In this document: in pieces, positions 30,560-40,825 of the stretch
How positions within the stretch are numbered: the stretch's first letter is position 1
How the letters are laid out: every line of letters starts with the position of its first letter
Assembly (NCBI GenBank): GCA_038874355.1
Contig: JAVZCO010000001.1
Location: 231,637 to 295,636 of the forward strand
From: Candidatus Pacearchaeota archaeon
GTDB taxonomy: Archaea; Nanobdellota; Nanobdellia; Pacearchaeales; GW2011-AR1
Direction of reading: 5' to 3'
Length of the DNA stretch: 64,000 nucleotides
Notes under the pieces: generated by a model
Told to the model about the DNA's origin: nothing
Database searches by the model: none
Seen by the model: only the letters and a program-made list of their open reading frames with translations
Program-made: the position numbers and the translations under genes

Positions 30560-30574
30560 TTTATTATTATTTTA
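30471..30574. repeat. 104-bp exact direct repeat, copy 1 (copy 2 at 32158-32261)
   Basis: Base-by-base identical at offset 1687; covers end of upstream gene, spacer and first 29 codons of rps17. Confidence 0.95.
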
Positions 30575-30863
30575 TATTACCCTCCTTAAATCCAAGATTT
30601 ATTAATATTTCTTTAATTTTTTTACTATGATCCCCTTGTAATTCTATAATATTATTTTTTATTGTTCCTCCACATGCAAGTTTTTTCTTTAATTCTTTTA
30701 ATATCTCTTTTATATTCACACTTTTATCAAATCCGCTAACTACTGTTATTATTTTTCCAAATTTTCTTTTTTCTGTTATTACTTTAATTTCTTGATTTTC
30801 TCTGCTTATTTCACTGCATATACATATATTTTTTGGTAATCCGCACTTTGGACAGATATCCAT
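30567..30863 (-). CDS. sui1: Translation initiation factor aIF1 (SUI1)
   Basis: CPKCGLP..C.C, LKKKLACGGT, IELQGDH. Confidence 0.95.
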   Translation of the reverse strand: MDICPKCGLPKNICICSEISRENQEIKVITEKRKFGKIITVVSGFDKSVNIKEILKELKKKLACGGTIKNNIIELQGDHSKKIKEILINLGFKEGNIK

Positions 30864-31036
30864 TATTTAATACTAAGCAATCTCGCGATCGCTCTTTTTA
30901 TTTCTTTTATTTTTATTTTATTTTGTTTATTAGCAGGATTTTTTCTTTTTATTAATTCTAATCTTAATTCTTTTAATTTTTCTTCTCTTTCTTTTTTATT
31001 CATATTTTTTATTTCTTTTTTATTCAAAACAGCCAT
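30863..31036 (-). CDS. rpl29: 50S ribosomal protein uL29 (57 aa)
   Basis: Manually translated MAVLNKKEIKNMNKKEREEKLKELRLEL...IKRAIARLLSIK*; canonical position after rps3; absent from ORF track. Confidence 0.9.
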   Translation of the reverse strand: MAVLNKKEIKNMNKKEREEKLKELRLELIKRKNPANKQNKIKIKEIKRAIARLLSIK

Positions 31037-31037
31037 T

Positions 31038-31712
31038 TTATTTTTTACTCTTCTTATTTTTCTCTTCTTTTTCTTTTATGTTTATTCTATTTATATTTTC
31101 TTCTATTTTTCTCTTTATTTCTTCATTTATCAATATTTGATCATGTATTTTTTCATTTGGAGGTAATATACTAACCTTTATTCCTATAGTTCCTGCTATA
31201 GTTTGTGCAGTTGCTTTTGCTTTTTTTACTACCTTAACAGTATCTCCAGTTTTTTTTAAATATCCAAAAGCAAATCTCCAAGATTTTGCCCTTGCACTAG
31301 GCAATTTTCCACTTAATCTTATTTCAGCTCCTAATGCTCCAGCTTTTTGTATTTTTTCTAAAGTTTTATATGCTATTAATTTAAATTTTGAACTTCCTAA
31401 TCTCTCTAAAGAAAGGGCAATTTCATCAGCTATTGTTACAGCATCAAATTCCGGTTTTTGTATCTCTCTAATTTCTATTATAGGATTTTCTAATTTGAAT
31501 ATTTTTTTTAGATTATTTGTTAATTCATTAATTTTCTCTCCTTTTTTTCCTATAATAAATCCAGGCTTTGTTGTAGAGATTATTATTTTTTCTCCTATAG
31601 GAGTATATTCTACACTGATAGAACTAAATCTTCCCTTTCCTAAAGACTTTTTTATATACTCTTTTATTCCATATTCATCTTTTTTTAAAGTTATAAATTT
31701 TTTTTCTTCCAT
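31038..31712 (-). CDS. rps3: 30S ribosomal protein uS3
   Basis: KH domain PGFIIGKKG, GAEIRLSGK, GYLKK. Confidence 0.95.
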   Translation of the reverse strand: MEEKKFITLKKDEYGIKEYIKKSLGKGRFSSISVEYTPIGEKIIISTTKPGFIIGKKGEKINELTNNLKKIFKLENPIIEIREIQKPEFDAVTIADEIALSLERLGSSKFKLIAYKTLEKIQKAGALGAEIRLSGKLPSARAKSWRFAFGYLKKTGDTVKVVKKAKATAQTIAGTIGIKVSILPPNEKIHDQILINEEIKRKIEENINRINIKEKEEKNKKSKK

Positions 31713-31715
31713 TTT

Positions 31716-32246
31716 TTATTCTAATTCTAATTTACCTTTTGCTTTAATTAAAATATGAGTTCTCTTAAACCTTCTTGTTCCAAATCTTCTATAAGGTCTT
31801 GAAGCTTTATCTGCTTTTGCAAAAAAGATAAATGGTTCTTCTATGTTATGATAAACAGCATTTGCATTTAAATTTTTTAATAATTTTATAAAAGTTTTTG
31901 TAGCTTTTATTGGATATCTGCCACTTTTCATATTCTTTCTATGTGGAATTTCTCCTTTCATTGGTACAGCTTTTTTAAATTTTAAAACCAATTCTAAATC
32001 CTTTAATGCTTTTTTTATTTCTTTTCCTTTAATAAATTTACATAATGCTACCGAATGTTTTGTTGATATTGATAAATCTCTTCCTCTAACAATTACTTCT
32101 TTAATTTTTTTTTCTTCTTTCTTTGTGTCATTGTTATGTGATTCTTTGTTTTCTAAATTTTCTTTATTCTTGCTATCAATTTTCTTTTTTTCTATATTTT
32201 CATCTATCTTTTCTTTCTCTTCTTCTTTTATTTCTTTATTTTCCAT
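31716..32246 (-). CDS. rpl22: 50S ribosomal protein uL22 with charged N-terminal extension
   Basis: ISTKHS, AVP, GRYPIKA, NA, THI. Confidence 0.93.
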   Translation of the reverse strand: MENKEIKEEEKEKIDENIEKKKIDSKNKENLENKESHNNDTKKEEKKIKEVIVRGRDLSISTKHSVALCKFIKGKEIKKALKDLELVLKFKKAVPMKGEIPHRKNMKSGRYPIKATKTFIKLLKNLNANAVYHNIEEPFIFFAKADKASRPYRRFGTRRFKRTHILIKAKGKLELE

Positions 32247-32261
32247 TTTATTATTATTTTA
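32158..32261. repeat. 104-bp exact direct repeat, copy 2
   Basis: Identical to 30471-30574; covers rps19 end, spacer and first 29 codons of rpl22. Confidence 0.95.
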
Positions 32262-32652
32262 CTGACATAAAAGCAGAGCTTCTTGTAGCTCCGATACCAG
32301 GTGCCCCATGTTTAACACCTTTTCTTGTTACGGAAAATTCTCCTAATCTATGTCCTAACATATCTTCTGTTATTTTTACAGCGACAAATTCTTTTCCATT
32401 ATGAACATATATTGTTAATCCAACCATTTGTGGTACTATTATCATATCTCTATAAAGAGTTCTTATAGGTTTTCCCTTTTCATTATATTTTTTCCACCTT
32501 TTTATTATTTTTTCAATTTCTGAAAAATTTCTTAATATAGTTCTCCTTTCCCTAGATGTTATATATTTTGCAAATTCACGAATATCCATTTCTTTCAATT
32601 CTTCTAAAGTTTTTCCTCTTAATGTAAATTTTTTCTTTTCTATTTCTATCAT
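32254..32652 (-). CDS. rps19: 30S ribosomal protein uS19
   Basis: [36 protein letters not shown]. Confidence 0.97.
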   Translation of the reverse strand: MIEIEKKKFTLRGKTLEELKEMDIREFAKYITSRERRTILRNFSEIEKIIKRWKKYNEKGKPIRTLYRDMIIVPQMVGLTIYVHNGKEFVAVKITEDMLGHRLGEFSVTRKGVKHGAPGIGATRSSAFMSVK

Positions 32653-32653
32653 T

Positions 32654-33361
32654 TTATTTTTTTCTTAAACCAGTTCTTCTAGGTCTTATATGTCCTACTT
32701 TAGCCCCAGGAGGAGCATTTCTTTTTGCTATTTTACTTTTAATTCTTTTTCCTCTTCCCCCTCCAAATGGATGATCTACAGCATTCATCTTTACAGCAGA
32801 AGTTCTTGGCCATAATTTATTTCTTGATTTCATTTTATAATATTTATTTCCTGCTTTTACAAATGGTTTTTCTAATCTTCCTTGGCCAGCTATAATTCCT
32901 ATTGTTGCCCTACATTTTTCATTAAACCATTTTTCTTTTTTACTTGGCATTAGAACAGCAACTTTTCCATTTACTTTTTTTGTTATTTTAGCACTATTTC
33001 CAGAAGTTCTAACAAATTTTCCACCATCATTTGGATTATTTTCTAAATTAAAAACATTTGTTCCCGTTGGTATATCCTTTAACATCAATATATTACCTTC
33101 CTTTATTTCATTTTCATTAATTTTTATAATCTGTCCTTCATATAAACCATTTGAAGCAATATTATAAAATATTTTTCTATCAGAAGTTTGAATTTTAACT
33201 AACGGAGCAGTATGTGCACTAGAATTAATTATTTCTATTATTTTTGCTTCCCCTTTATAATTTGAAGAGGGATATGCCACTTTATATTTGTAAGCACTAG
33301 GCCTAACTCTATATGTCAAACTTCCATGCCCTCTTGCTTGTTGTATAATTCTTTTTCCCAT
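32654..33361 (-). CDS. rpl2: 50S ribosomal protein uL2
   Basis: [33 protein letters not shown]. Confidence 0.97.
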   Translation of the reverse strand: MGKRIIQQARGHGSLTYRVRPSAYKYKVAYPSSNYKGEAKIIEIINSSAHTAPLVKIQTSDRKIFYNIASNGLYEGQIIKINENEIKEGNILMLKDIPTGTNVFNLENNPNDGGKFVRTSGNSAKITKKVNGKVAVLMPSKKEKWFNEKCRATIGIIAGQGRLEKPFVKAGNKYYKMKSRNKLWPRTSAVKMNAVDHPFGGGRGKRIKSKIAKRNAPPGAKVGHIRPRRTGLRKK

Positions 33362-33362
33362 T

Positions 33363-33605
33363 TTATAATACTCCTAATTTAGTTGCTAAGTCAATTGCAA
33401 GATTTTCTTTTTTCAATTTTATATATGCTCTTTTTTTATTATCTTTTATTAGAGTTCTTATTTTTTCTACTTTAAAATTAAAAATCTTTTCAAATTCTCT
33501 TTTTATTTCATTTTTTTTTGCTCTTCTATCTACTTCAAATACAAGTGTATTTTCACTTTCAATTAGTCTTATTGTTTTTTCTGTTACTATTGGTTTAATT
33601 ATCAT
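33363..33605 (-). CDS. rpl23: 50S ribosomal protein uL23
   Basis: PIVTEK, NTLVFEV, KRAYIKL; ATG at 33605. Confidence 0.93.
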   Translation of the reverse strand: MIIKPIVTEKTIRLIESENTLVFEVDRRAKKNEIKREFEKIFNFKVEKIRTLIKDNKKRAYIKLKKENLAIDLATKLGVL

Positions 33606-34398
33606 TTTTTTCAAACCTTTCTTTTAATTCTTTTAAAGAATTTTCTGTATAAATTGTTAATCTTCCTAAAGGCCATAAATTTTTTATATTAAGCTCATTT
33701 ACTTTTACAACTTCTATTCCTTTAATTTTAAATTTTTCATTTTTTCCTAATATTAAAAGAACACCGGAATTTTTCTTGTATTTTCTACTCCTTAATTTAC
33801 CCTTACCAGCTCTAATTTTCTTTTTTTGAATTGCAATATCCTTTAATTCTTTAAATACTTTCTCTAAAAGTTTAAAGAAATCTTTAGTTTTTAATTCCAA
33901 AACGTCAGATTTTATTACTACCGGAAGATTTATTTTTAAGTTGATATCTTTTAATTTTTCATACCTTTCTTTTATTTTTTCTAAAGATGCAGTTGCTGCA
34001 AGTGCAGATTTTAATGCAATCTCTTTTTCTTTTTTATTTATTTTTTTCTTTACTAAAAAATGTTCAATTTTTGTAGGGTGTGCTCTTCTACCACCACGAG
34101 TATTTGCCACTTCTGCACCAATCCAATAAAATTGCGAACCACGTCTCCATAATATCTTTCTAGGAGTTCTTGACATTTCTCTTCCATAACTTGTTTTCCA
34201 TTTATGCCTAGCTCTTCTTATTATACCAGAAGCACTATGTCTTTTTCCTGCTTCTTTATATGGTGCGTGAGGTTGTATATAAACAAGAGAATGAAAATAC
34301 TTTTGGCAAATATCCTCTCTTATTGGAAAAGAAAAAAAATTAGGCAAATTTATTTCCCCTTCTAGTTCTCCTTTTTTATTGATTAATTTTGTTTTCAT
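33595..34398 (-). CDS. rpl4: 50S ribosomal protein uL4
   Basis: GGRRAHP, KINKKE, RAGKGK.R, GRLTIYT. Confidence 0.95.
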   Translation of the reverse strand: MKTKLINKKGELEGEINLPNFFSFPIREDICQKYFHSLVYIQPHAPYKEAGKRHSASGIIRRARHKWKTSYGREMSRTPRKILWRRGSQFYWIGAEVANTRGGRRAHPTKIEHFLVKKKINKKEKEIALKSALAATASLEKIKERYEKLKDINLKINLPVVIKSDVLELKTKDFFKLLEKVFKELKDIAIQKKKIRAGKGKLRSRKYKKNSGVLLILGKNEKFKIKGIEVVKVNELNIKNLWPLGRLTIYTENSLKELKERFEKNDN

Positions 34399-34399
34399 T

Positions 34400-35371
34400 T
34401 TAAATTATTTTTATTAGTTGGTAATTTTCTTTTCTTGATTTTTTATTCTCTCTTAAAGGTAATGTTAATATAAGACAAGCTTTTTCGTTGCCAGGAACAC
34501 TTCCTTTTATTATTACATAATTTGTTCTAATTTTTCCAAAATGTTCAAATCCTCCTTTTGGATTTATATCTTTTTGTTCTATTTTTCCTATATCCAATAC
34601 TTTTAAATTATAAACACTTCTATGAAAATATCCAAGTTGCCCTGCCATAGGTGTTCTAAATGTTACATGAGAAGGTTTCCATGGACCTAAACTACCAGGC
34701 CTTCTTACACCCTTTTCAGACTTATGTTGTCTTAAAGAAATACCAAATCTTTTTACAGGCCCAGCTGTTCCATACGCTTTTGTTATCCCTCTAACATCAA
34801 CAGTTTGATTAATCTTTAGAAAATCTCCTATACAAATATCTTTATTAAGATATTCTTTAATAAAATTAATTTTTTCTTCTAAAGAACCATTAAGTCCAAT
34901 TTCTAATATGTCTGGAGTTTTTTTTATTCCAGTTTTCTTTACATTAGAATAAACTATTATTCTTATATCATCTATTTCCTTTTTTATTTCTTCAAATTCT
35001 TTATTTAAATCAATTTTTTTCTTTTCCTTAGGTATTTTAACTTTTCTTTTTAATTCTTTATCAAGATTTTCATTTAAAATTTCTTTTATTATCTTTTTGT
35101 TTTTATAAAATCTAATAGAAAAAATTTTCATAGGAGGAACCTCTAAAATTGTTATTGGTAAAATTATATTTTTTCCTTTTGTTAAACTTTCAGGTGTATT
35201 ATCTTTTACAAGAGCCGATTTCATTCCAACTTTATAACACAAGAAACCTAAAATTTTATCTTCTTCTTTTTTTTGTAATGCTTCCCAGTTCACTCTAGGT
35301 AAAACTTTTCTTACTCTCTTCCTAGGCCAATATTGTAAGCTCCCATCTCTAGCTTTACTTAATGATGCCAT
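34400..35371 (-). CDS. rpl3: 50S ribosomal protein uL3
   Basis: GSLQYWPRKR, YKVGM, GPVKRFG, AGQLGY, KGSVPG. Confidence 0.95.
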   Translation of the reverse strand: MASLSKARDGSLQYWPRKRVRKVLPRVNWEALQKKEEDKILGFLCYKVGMKSALVKDNTPESLTKGKNIILPITILEVPPMKIFSIRFYKNKKIIKEILNENLDKELKRKVKIPKEKKKIDLNKEFEEIKKEIDDIRIIVYSNVKKTGIKKTPDILEIGLNGSLEEKINFIKEYLNKDICIGDFLKINQTVDVRGITKAYGTAGPVKRFGISLRQHKSEKGVRRPGSLGPWKPSHVTFRTPMAGQLGYFHRSVYNLKVLDIGKIEQKDINPKGGFEHFGKIRTNYVIIKGSVPGNEKACLILTLPLRENKKSRKENYQLIKII

Positions 35372-35569
35372 CTTATAAATATATACTTTATTTAATCTTT
35401 TATTTTATATTTTATATTAAAAAATATTTATAATATGCCCTTCTATAAAAGAACCGTGAACCCTCAAATTTAATAAAATTAAAATTTTGTAGCTTTATAA
35501 ATTTTATTCTTTTTTAATTAAATTAAAAAGATTTTCAATTTAATATATTAATTTAAATGAATTTTCTTC

Positions 35570-36232
35570 TTAGATTTCAAATTCTTTTTCTATTATTTTC
35601 TCTTTTTTATCTACTATAATCTTTCTTATTATTTTTCCTTTTCTTTTTGCTAATTCTCTTATTTTTGCAAAATCTTTTTCATTTGGTGGGAAAATTATTT
35701 GATTTATTTCATAATTATGAGATATTTTTGCTTCTTTAAAATTATTTAAATCCCAAAAAAAGTAATCTTTAATTTTATCTAGATATTTTAAATCTGCTTC
35801 TAAGATACAAAATTTATCATCTATTTTTAATTCTCCAGATTTTCCTGGCTTAGGCAATTTATTTTTTATTTTTAATTTTAACTTTTCAGAATCTACGTTT
35901 AATAACATAAAATATGCTTTTTTTGAATATTCTTTAAGTTTTTCCGAATTTCCTTTAAATTCATAAATATTTATTTCTGTTTTTTCTTTCCCAATTAAAT
36001 CTAATTTTTCTTTACTCAATATATTTCCATAAAAATTAAAATCTCCCAATTCCATAACTAAATTAACAAAATCATTTGCATATTCAAAACTTCCAGAAAT
36101 TTTAATTTTATTAGAAATTTTTATAGATAATACAGCTCTATTTTCATACTTTCCTTTTCCAAATCTTATAAATTGTCTATGGGCTTCTTTAGTTTCTTTT
36201 CCATAAAAAATATCTTTTATGAAACAACTCAT
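35570..36232 (-). CDS. Hypothetical protein
   Basis: 220-aa ORF with typical composition; no family recognised. Confidence 0.7.
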   Translation of the reverse strand: MSCFIKDIFYGKETKEAHRQFIRFGKGKYENRAVLSIKISNKIKISGSFEYANDFVNLVMELGDFNFYGNILSKEKLDLIGKEKTEINIYEFKGNSEKLKEYSKKAYFMLLNVDSEKLKLKIKNKLPKPGKSGELKIDDKFCILEADLKYLDKIKDYFFWDLNNFKEAKISHNYEINQIIFPPNEKDFAKIRELAKRKGKIIRKIIVDKKEKIIEKEFEI

Positions 36233-36280
36233 TTTATAATTAACAAAATTTATAAATAAAATTTTCCTTTAGTAATTAAA

Positions 36281-37294
36281 ATGAATACAAAAAATGAATT
36301 TAAAAATATATCTATTATAATAATTATAATTATTTTACTTATTTTAGCTATTATTTTGTTATATCCAATTTTACAACCTATTTTAATTGGTTTTTTACTT
36401 GTTTATTTATTTTACCCCCTTTACAAAAAAATATTAAAAATAACGAAAGAAAAAAATTTAGCTGCTTTTATTATTATATTAATAATTTTACTTTTTTTAA
36501 TTTTACCTATGTGGTTCTTATTCCCAAAAATATTAAAACAATCTTTTGAAATTTATTTATACTTACAAAAGTTGGATATAGGAGCAATTTTAAACAGATT
36601 CGTTCCTTATTTAACTTCAACAATAATTTACCAAGAGTTGATAATTAATATAAATAAAATTTTTTCTTCAAGTGCTAACTTACTTTTTAATTCTTTAACA
36701 AATTTTATTCTTAATATTCCCCTTTTATTAATGAAAATAGCAATTGTCTTTATATTATTATTTTTTGGGCTTAGAGATAGTGAAAATATAAAAAATTTTC
36801 TTAAATCTATCTCTCCATTTGAGAAGGATGTAGAAGATAAATTAATAAAAAATTTTGGGGATATAACAAAATCTGTTATTTATGGGCAAATTATAATAGG
36901 TTTAATTCAAGGGATTCTAACTGGTATAGGATTATTTATTTTTAAAACCCCACAAGCATTATTTTTAACACTAATAGCTATAATTTGTGGAATAATACCT
37001 ATATTAGGTCCATGGATTATTTGGATTCCATTAAGTACATATTTCTTTTTATCAGGTAATATTCTAAAAGCAATTGGAATTTTCTTATGGGGTGCTATAT
37101 TAGTTTCATGGATAGATAATTTTTTAAGACCTTATATTGTTTCAAAAAAATCAAAAGTTTCAACAGCTTCTGTATTCATAGGAATGATAGGAGGATTAAT
37201 AACTTTAGGTTTGATTGGATTAATAATTGGCCCATTATTATTATCCTACTTATTTTTATTAATAGAATTTTATAAAAATAAAAAGAATAATTAA
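36281..37294 (+). CDS. AI-2E family transporter (UPF0118)
   Basis: IPILGPWIIWIP, DNFLRP, GG....G.IGLIIGP. Confidence 0.9.
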   Translation: MNTKNEFKNISIIIIIIILLILAIILLYPILQPILIGFLLVYLFYPLYKKILKITKEKNLAAFIIILIILLFLILPMWFLFPKILKQSFEIYLYLQKLDIGAILNRFVPYLTSTIIYQELIININKIFSSSANLLFNSLTNFILNIPLLLMKIAIVFILLFFGLRDSENIKNFLKSISPFEKDVEDKLIKNFGDITKSVIYGQIIIGLIQGILTGIGLFIFKTPQALFLTLIAIICGIIPILGPWIIWIPLSTYFFLSGNILKAIGIFLWGAILVSWIDNFLRPYIVSKKSKVSTASVFIGMIGGLITLGLIGLIIGPLLLSYLFLLIEFYKNKKNN

Positions 37295-37295
37295 A

Positions 37296-38765
37296 ATGAA
37301 TTTAAAAGTAAAATTTTTGAATTTTTCAGCAGGAAGGCCGATAATAATTTTAAATAAAACTTTTGCTAAAAATAATGCAATTCACGTAGATAGTAGAATT
37401 AATATAATCTATAAAAATAAAGAAATAATTGCAGTTGTAGATTTAGCTTCTAATTTCATTAAAGAAAATGAAGCAATAATATCTTCAGAAGTTGTTAATT
37501 ATTTAAATATACATGAAGGAGAAGAAATAAAAATAACATTGGCAAAAAAACCTATAAGTACTAAATATATTTTAAAAAAATTAAATAATAAAAAACTTAA
37601 TAAAGAAGAGATAAGAAGTATAATAAAAGATATATCTATAAATGCTTTAACAGAATCTGAAATTGCTTTTTTTGTTTCTGCTGTATATAAGTGTGGAATG
37701 TCTTTTAAAGAACTTATTTATATGATAGAAGCAATCGTAGAAACTGGAAAAAAATTAAATCTCGGAAATAAAATAGTTGTAGATAAACATAGCATAGGTG
37801 GAATTCCAGGAAGAGTTACTCCAATTATAGTTTCTATTTGTGCTGCAGCTGGATTAACTATACCAAAAACTTCTTCAAGAGCAATAACAACCCCTTCTGG
37901 AACAGCCGATGCATTAGAAACTATCTGTAAAGTAGATTTTTCTTTGAAAGAAATAAAGGAAATAATAAAAAAAACAAATGCATGTTTTGTTTGGGGCGGT
38001 TCTTTAGATTTAGCCCCAGCAGATGATAAAATTATACAGATAGAAAAAATAATTAATTTAGATCCAGAAGCTCAATTATTAGCTTCAATTATATCAAAGA
38101 AAATTGCTGTAGGAGCAAAATATGTTGTTATAGATATTCCTTACGGAAAATTTGCTAAAGTTTCTTTTTCTAAAGCAATAAAATTAGAAAAAAAATTTTT
38201 AGAAATAGCAAAATATTTTAAAATAATTTTAAAATGTTCTTTAAAAGAAATAAATGAGCCTCTTGGTAATGGAATTGGTCCAGCACTAGAAATACAAGAT
38301 GTAATAAAAGTTTTATCTTTAAAAGACTCGTGCAATAAATTAGAAGAAAGAGCTTTAGAATTATCTTCAATTATTTTAGAAATGACAGGAAAAGCAAAAA
38401 TAGGAAAAGGTAAAGAATTAGCAAAAAAAATATTGTATTCAGGAAAAGCTTTTGAGAAATTTAATGAAATAATAAAAGCACAGAAAGGAGATATAAATTT
38501 TAAGTTTAAAGAAGCACAATATAAAAAAGATATCCTAGCAGAAAAAAAAGGAATTATTAAAGAAATAAATATAAAATTAATTAATTACCTCGCTATTTTA
38601 GCAGGATGCCCTATGGACAAATATGCAGGAATCTATTTACATAAACATCTAAATCAAGAAGTAAAGAAAGGAGAAAAAATATTAACAATATATTCTGAAA
38701 ATGAAGAACAATTGAATAATGTAATAAAAATTTATAACGAAAATAATCCAATAATAATAAAATGA
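37296..38765 (+). CDS. deoA: AMP phosphorylase (archaeal thymidine phosphorylase family)
   Basis: Extra N-terminal domain, DKHSIGG, PKTSSRAIT..GTAD, APADD, SIISKK, GNGIGPALE. Confidence 0.9.
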   Translation: MNLKVKFLNFSAGRPIIILNKTFAKNNAIHVDSRINIIYKNKEIIAVVDLASNFIKENEAIISSEVVNYLNIHEGEEIKITLAKKPISTKYILKKLNNKKLNKEEIRSIIKDISINALTESEIAFFVSAVYKCGMSFKELIYMIEAIVETGKKLNLGNKIVVDKHSIGGIPGRVTPIIVSICAAAGLTIPKTSSRAITTPSGTADALETICKVDFSLKEIKEIIKKTNACFVWGGSLDLAPADDKIIQIEKIINLDPEAQLLASIISKKIAVGAKYVVIDIPYGKFAKVSFSKAIKLEKKFLEIAKYFKIILKCSLKEINEPLGNGIGPALEIQDVIKVLSLKDSCNKLEERALELSSIILEMTGKAKIGKGKELAKKILYSGKAFEKFNEIIKAQKGDINFKFKEAQYKKDILAEKKGIIKEINIKLINYLAILAGCPMDKYAGIYLHKHLNQEVKKGEKILTIYSENEEQLNNVIKIYNENNPIIIK

Positions 38766-40474
38766 TGAGTAGTTTTATACAACTTAGTTTAATTCTTTTT
38801 ATTGTTTTATTTATTTCTACTATCTTAAGAATTTTAAAACAACCATTAATAGTAGGATATATATTGTGTGGTATTTTATTAGGACCCTCCTTCTTAAACA
38901 CCGTTAAAAATAATGAAATAATATTAACATTTTCAGAAATTGGAGTCTCTTTTCTTTTATTTTTAGTTGGTATGTATTTAAATCCAAAAAAAATAAAAGA
39001 ATTTGGTAAAATTTCTTTAATAACTGGTATAGGTCAATTTGTTTTTACTTCTTTAATAGGATATTTTATATCCCGTCTATTAAATTTTTCAATATTAACT
39101 TCTATTTATGTTTCAATAGCATTAACTTTTTCTTCTACAATTATAATAACAAAACTCTTATCAGATAAAGAGTCTCTTGATAAATTATATGGAAAAATAT
39201 CGATAGGATTTTTACTAGTTCAAGATTTGATTGCAATGTTCCTTTTGATTTTTCTTTCATCTTATTCAGAACAAACTACTTCGTTAATTTTTTTTTATAA
39301 GATGATAATAAGAGGAATACTAATAATTCTAATAATCATTCCAATTAGTATATTTGTTATAAATAAATTTAGTCAATTTTTTGCAAAATCACAAGAGTTA
39401 TTATTTATTTTTGCTATATCCTTTGGTCTACTCTTTTCTTCTTTATTTTTTTATTTAGGATTCTCAATTGAAGTTGGAGCTTTAGTTGCAGGAATAATTA
39501 TTTCTACTTCTCCTTATAGTTATGAAATAAGTTCTAGACTAAAACCTCTAAGAGATTTTTTTATTATTTCTTTTTTTATTGTTCTTGGAAGTAAAATGAC
39601 TTTGCCTAACCTTTCTGTTCACATTATCCCTATAATTATTTTTTCTTTTTTTATTCTAATAGGAAATCCTTTAATTGTTATGATTTTAATGGGGATTTTT
39701 GGTTATAGTAGAAATACTAGTTTTATGTGTGGTTTAACAGTTGCTCAAATAAGCGAATTTTCTTTAGTATTAATTTCTTTGGGAGTTAAATTAGGACATA
39801 TATCAGAAGATATTCTTTCTCTTGTAACCGCAGTAGGTTTAATTACTATATTATGCTCTACTTATTTAATAATTTATTCTGAAAAGATCTATTTTAAAAT
39901 ATCTAAATATTTGTCTGTATTTGAAAGAAAAAGAATAAGAGAAATACAATATAAAGATAAAGAAAAAAAATATGAATACATCCTTTTAGGAGAAAATAGA
40001 ATAGGTTTTTCTATAATGAATTATTTTATTAATTCAAATAAGAATTATCTTATTGTAGATTTTAATCCAGAAAGAATAACAAGATTAAAAAAACAAGGAA
40101 TTAATTGTATTTATGGAGATGTTTCGAATGTAGAATTTTTAGATAATCTAAATCTTAAAAATGCAAAATTAGTTGTTTCTACAATACCAGAAAAAGAAAT
40201 TAGTTTATTAATTTTAGAAAGAACAAAAAAGAAAAATAAAAATATTGTTGTTATATTAACTGCAAGACAAATAAGAGAAGCATTAGAATTGTATAAAGAA
40301 GGGGCAGATTATGTTATATTACCACATTTTTTAGGAGGAGAATATACTTCTCAATTAATATCTAGATATAATATAAATTTAAAAAAATATGAAGAAGAAA
40401 AAATAAAGCATATAAAAGAATTAAAAAAAAGATTAATAGAAAAACAAGAACATCCATATACAGAGAGAGATTAA
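38762..40474 (+). CDS. Cation:proton antiporter (CPA2/Kef) with C-terminal RCK/TrkA-N domain
   Basis: FSST, LLVQD, RDFF, QISEFS; cytoplasmic GDV..L..L, GADYVI. Confidence 0.9.
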   Translation: MMSSFIQLSLILFIVLFISTILRILKQPLIVGYILCGILLGPSFLNTVKNNEIILTFSEIGVSFLLFLVGMYLNPKKIKEFGKISLITGIGQFVFTSLIGYFISRLLNFSILTSIYVSIALTFSSTIIITKLLSDKESLDKLYGKISIGFLLVQDLIAMFLLIFLSSYSEQTTSLIFFYKMIIRGILIILIIIPISIFVINKFSQFFAKSQELLFIFAISFGLLFSSLFFYLGFSIEVGALVAGIIISTSPYSYEISSRLKPLRDFFIISFFIVLGSKMTLPNLSVHIIPIIIFSFFILIGNPLIVMILMGIFGYSRNTSFMCGLTVAQISEFSLVLISLGVKLGHISEDILSLVTAVGLITILCSTYLIIYSEKIYFKISKYLSVFERKRIREIQYKDKEKKYEYILLGENRIGFSIMNYFINSNKNYLIVDFNPERITRLKKQGINCIYGDVSNVEFLDNLNLKNAKLVVSTIPEKEISLLILERTKKKNKNIVVILTARQIREALELYKEGADYVILPHFLGGEYTSQLISRYNINLKKYEEEKIKHIKELKKRLIEKQEHPYTERD

Positions 40475-40552
40475 TTAATAATATTTCCTTATAAAAATAA
40501 ATAATTTTTATAGATTAGTAATCTTTATATATATCTATATTTTTTCTTTTTT

Positions 40553-40825
40553 ATGGAAACAAAAAGTTATATTGAAGAGATAAAAAGATATCTTGAAAAA
40601 AATCTTGTTAAAGGATATAAATTAGAAGATTTAAAAATACAGCTAAAAAAACAAGGATATAGTGTTAGTGCTATTTCAAGAGCAATAAAAGAATTAGCAG
40701 AAAAATCAAAAGAACAACAGATTAAAGAAATAAAAAAACAAGAAATAAAAGAAGAAAAAGTTGAACCAATAAAAGAAGAAAAAATAGGATTTTTTTCAAG
40801 ATTAAAAAAATTATTTAAAATATAA
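40553..40825 (+). CDS. Hypothetical protein
   Basis: 90-aa ORF with TATA 29 nt upstream; C-terminal amphipathic FFSRLKKLF. Confidence 0.7.
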   Translation: METKSYIEEIKRYLEKNLVKGYKLEDLKIQLKKQGYSVSAISRAIKELAEKSKEQQIKEIKKQEIKEEKVEPIKEEKIGFFSRLKKLFKI

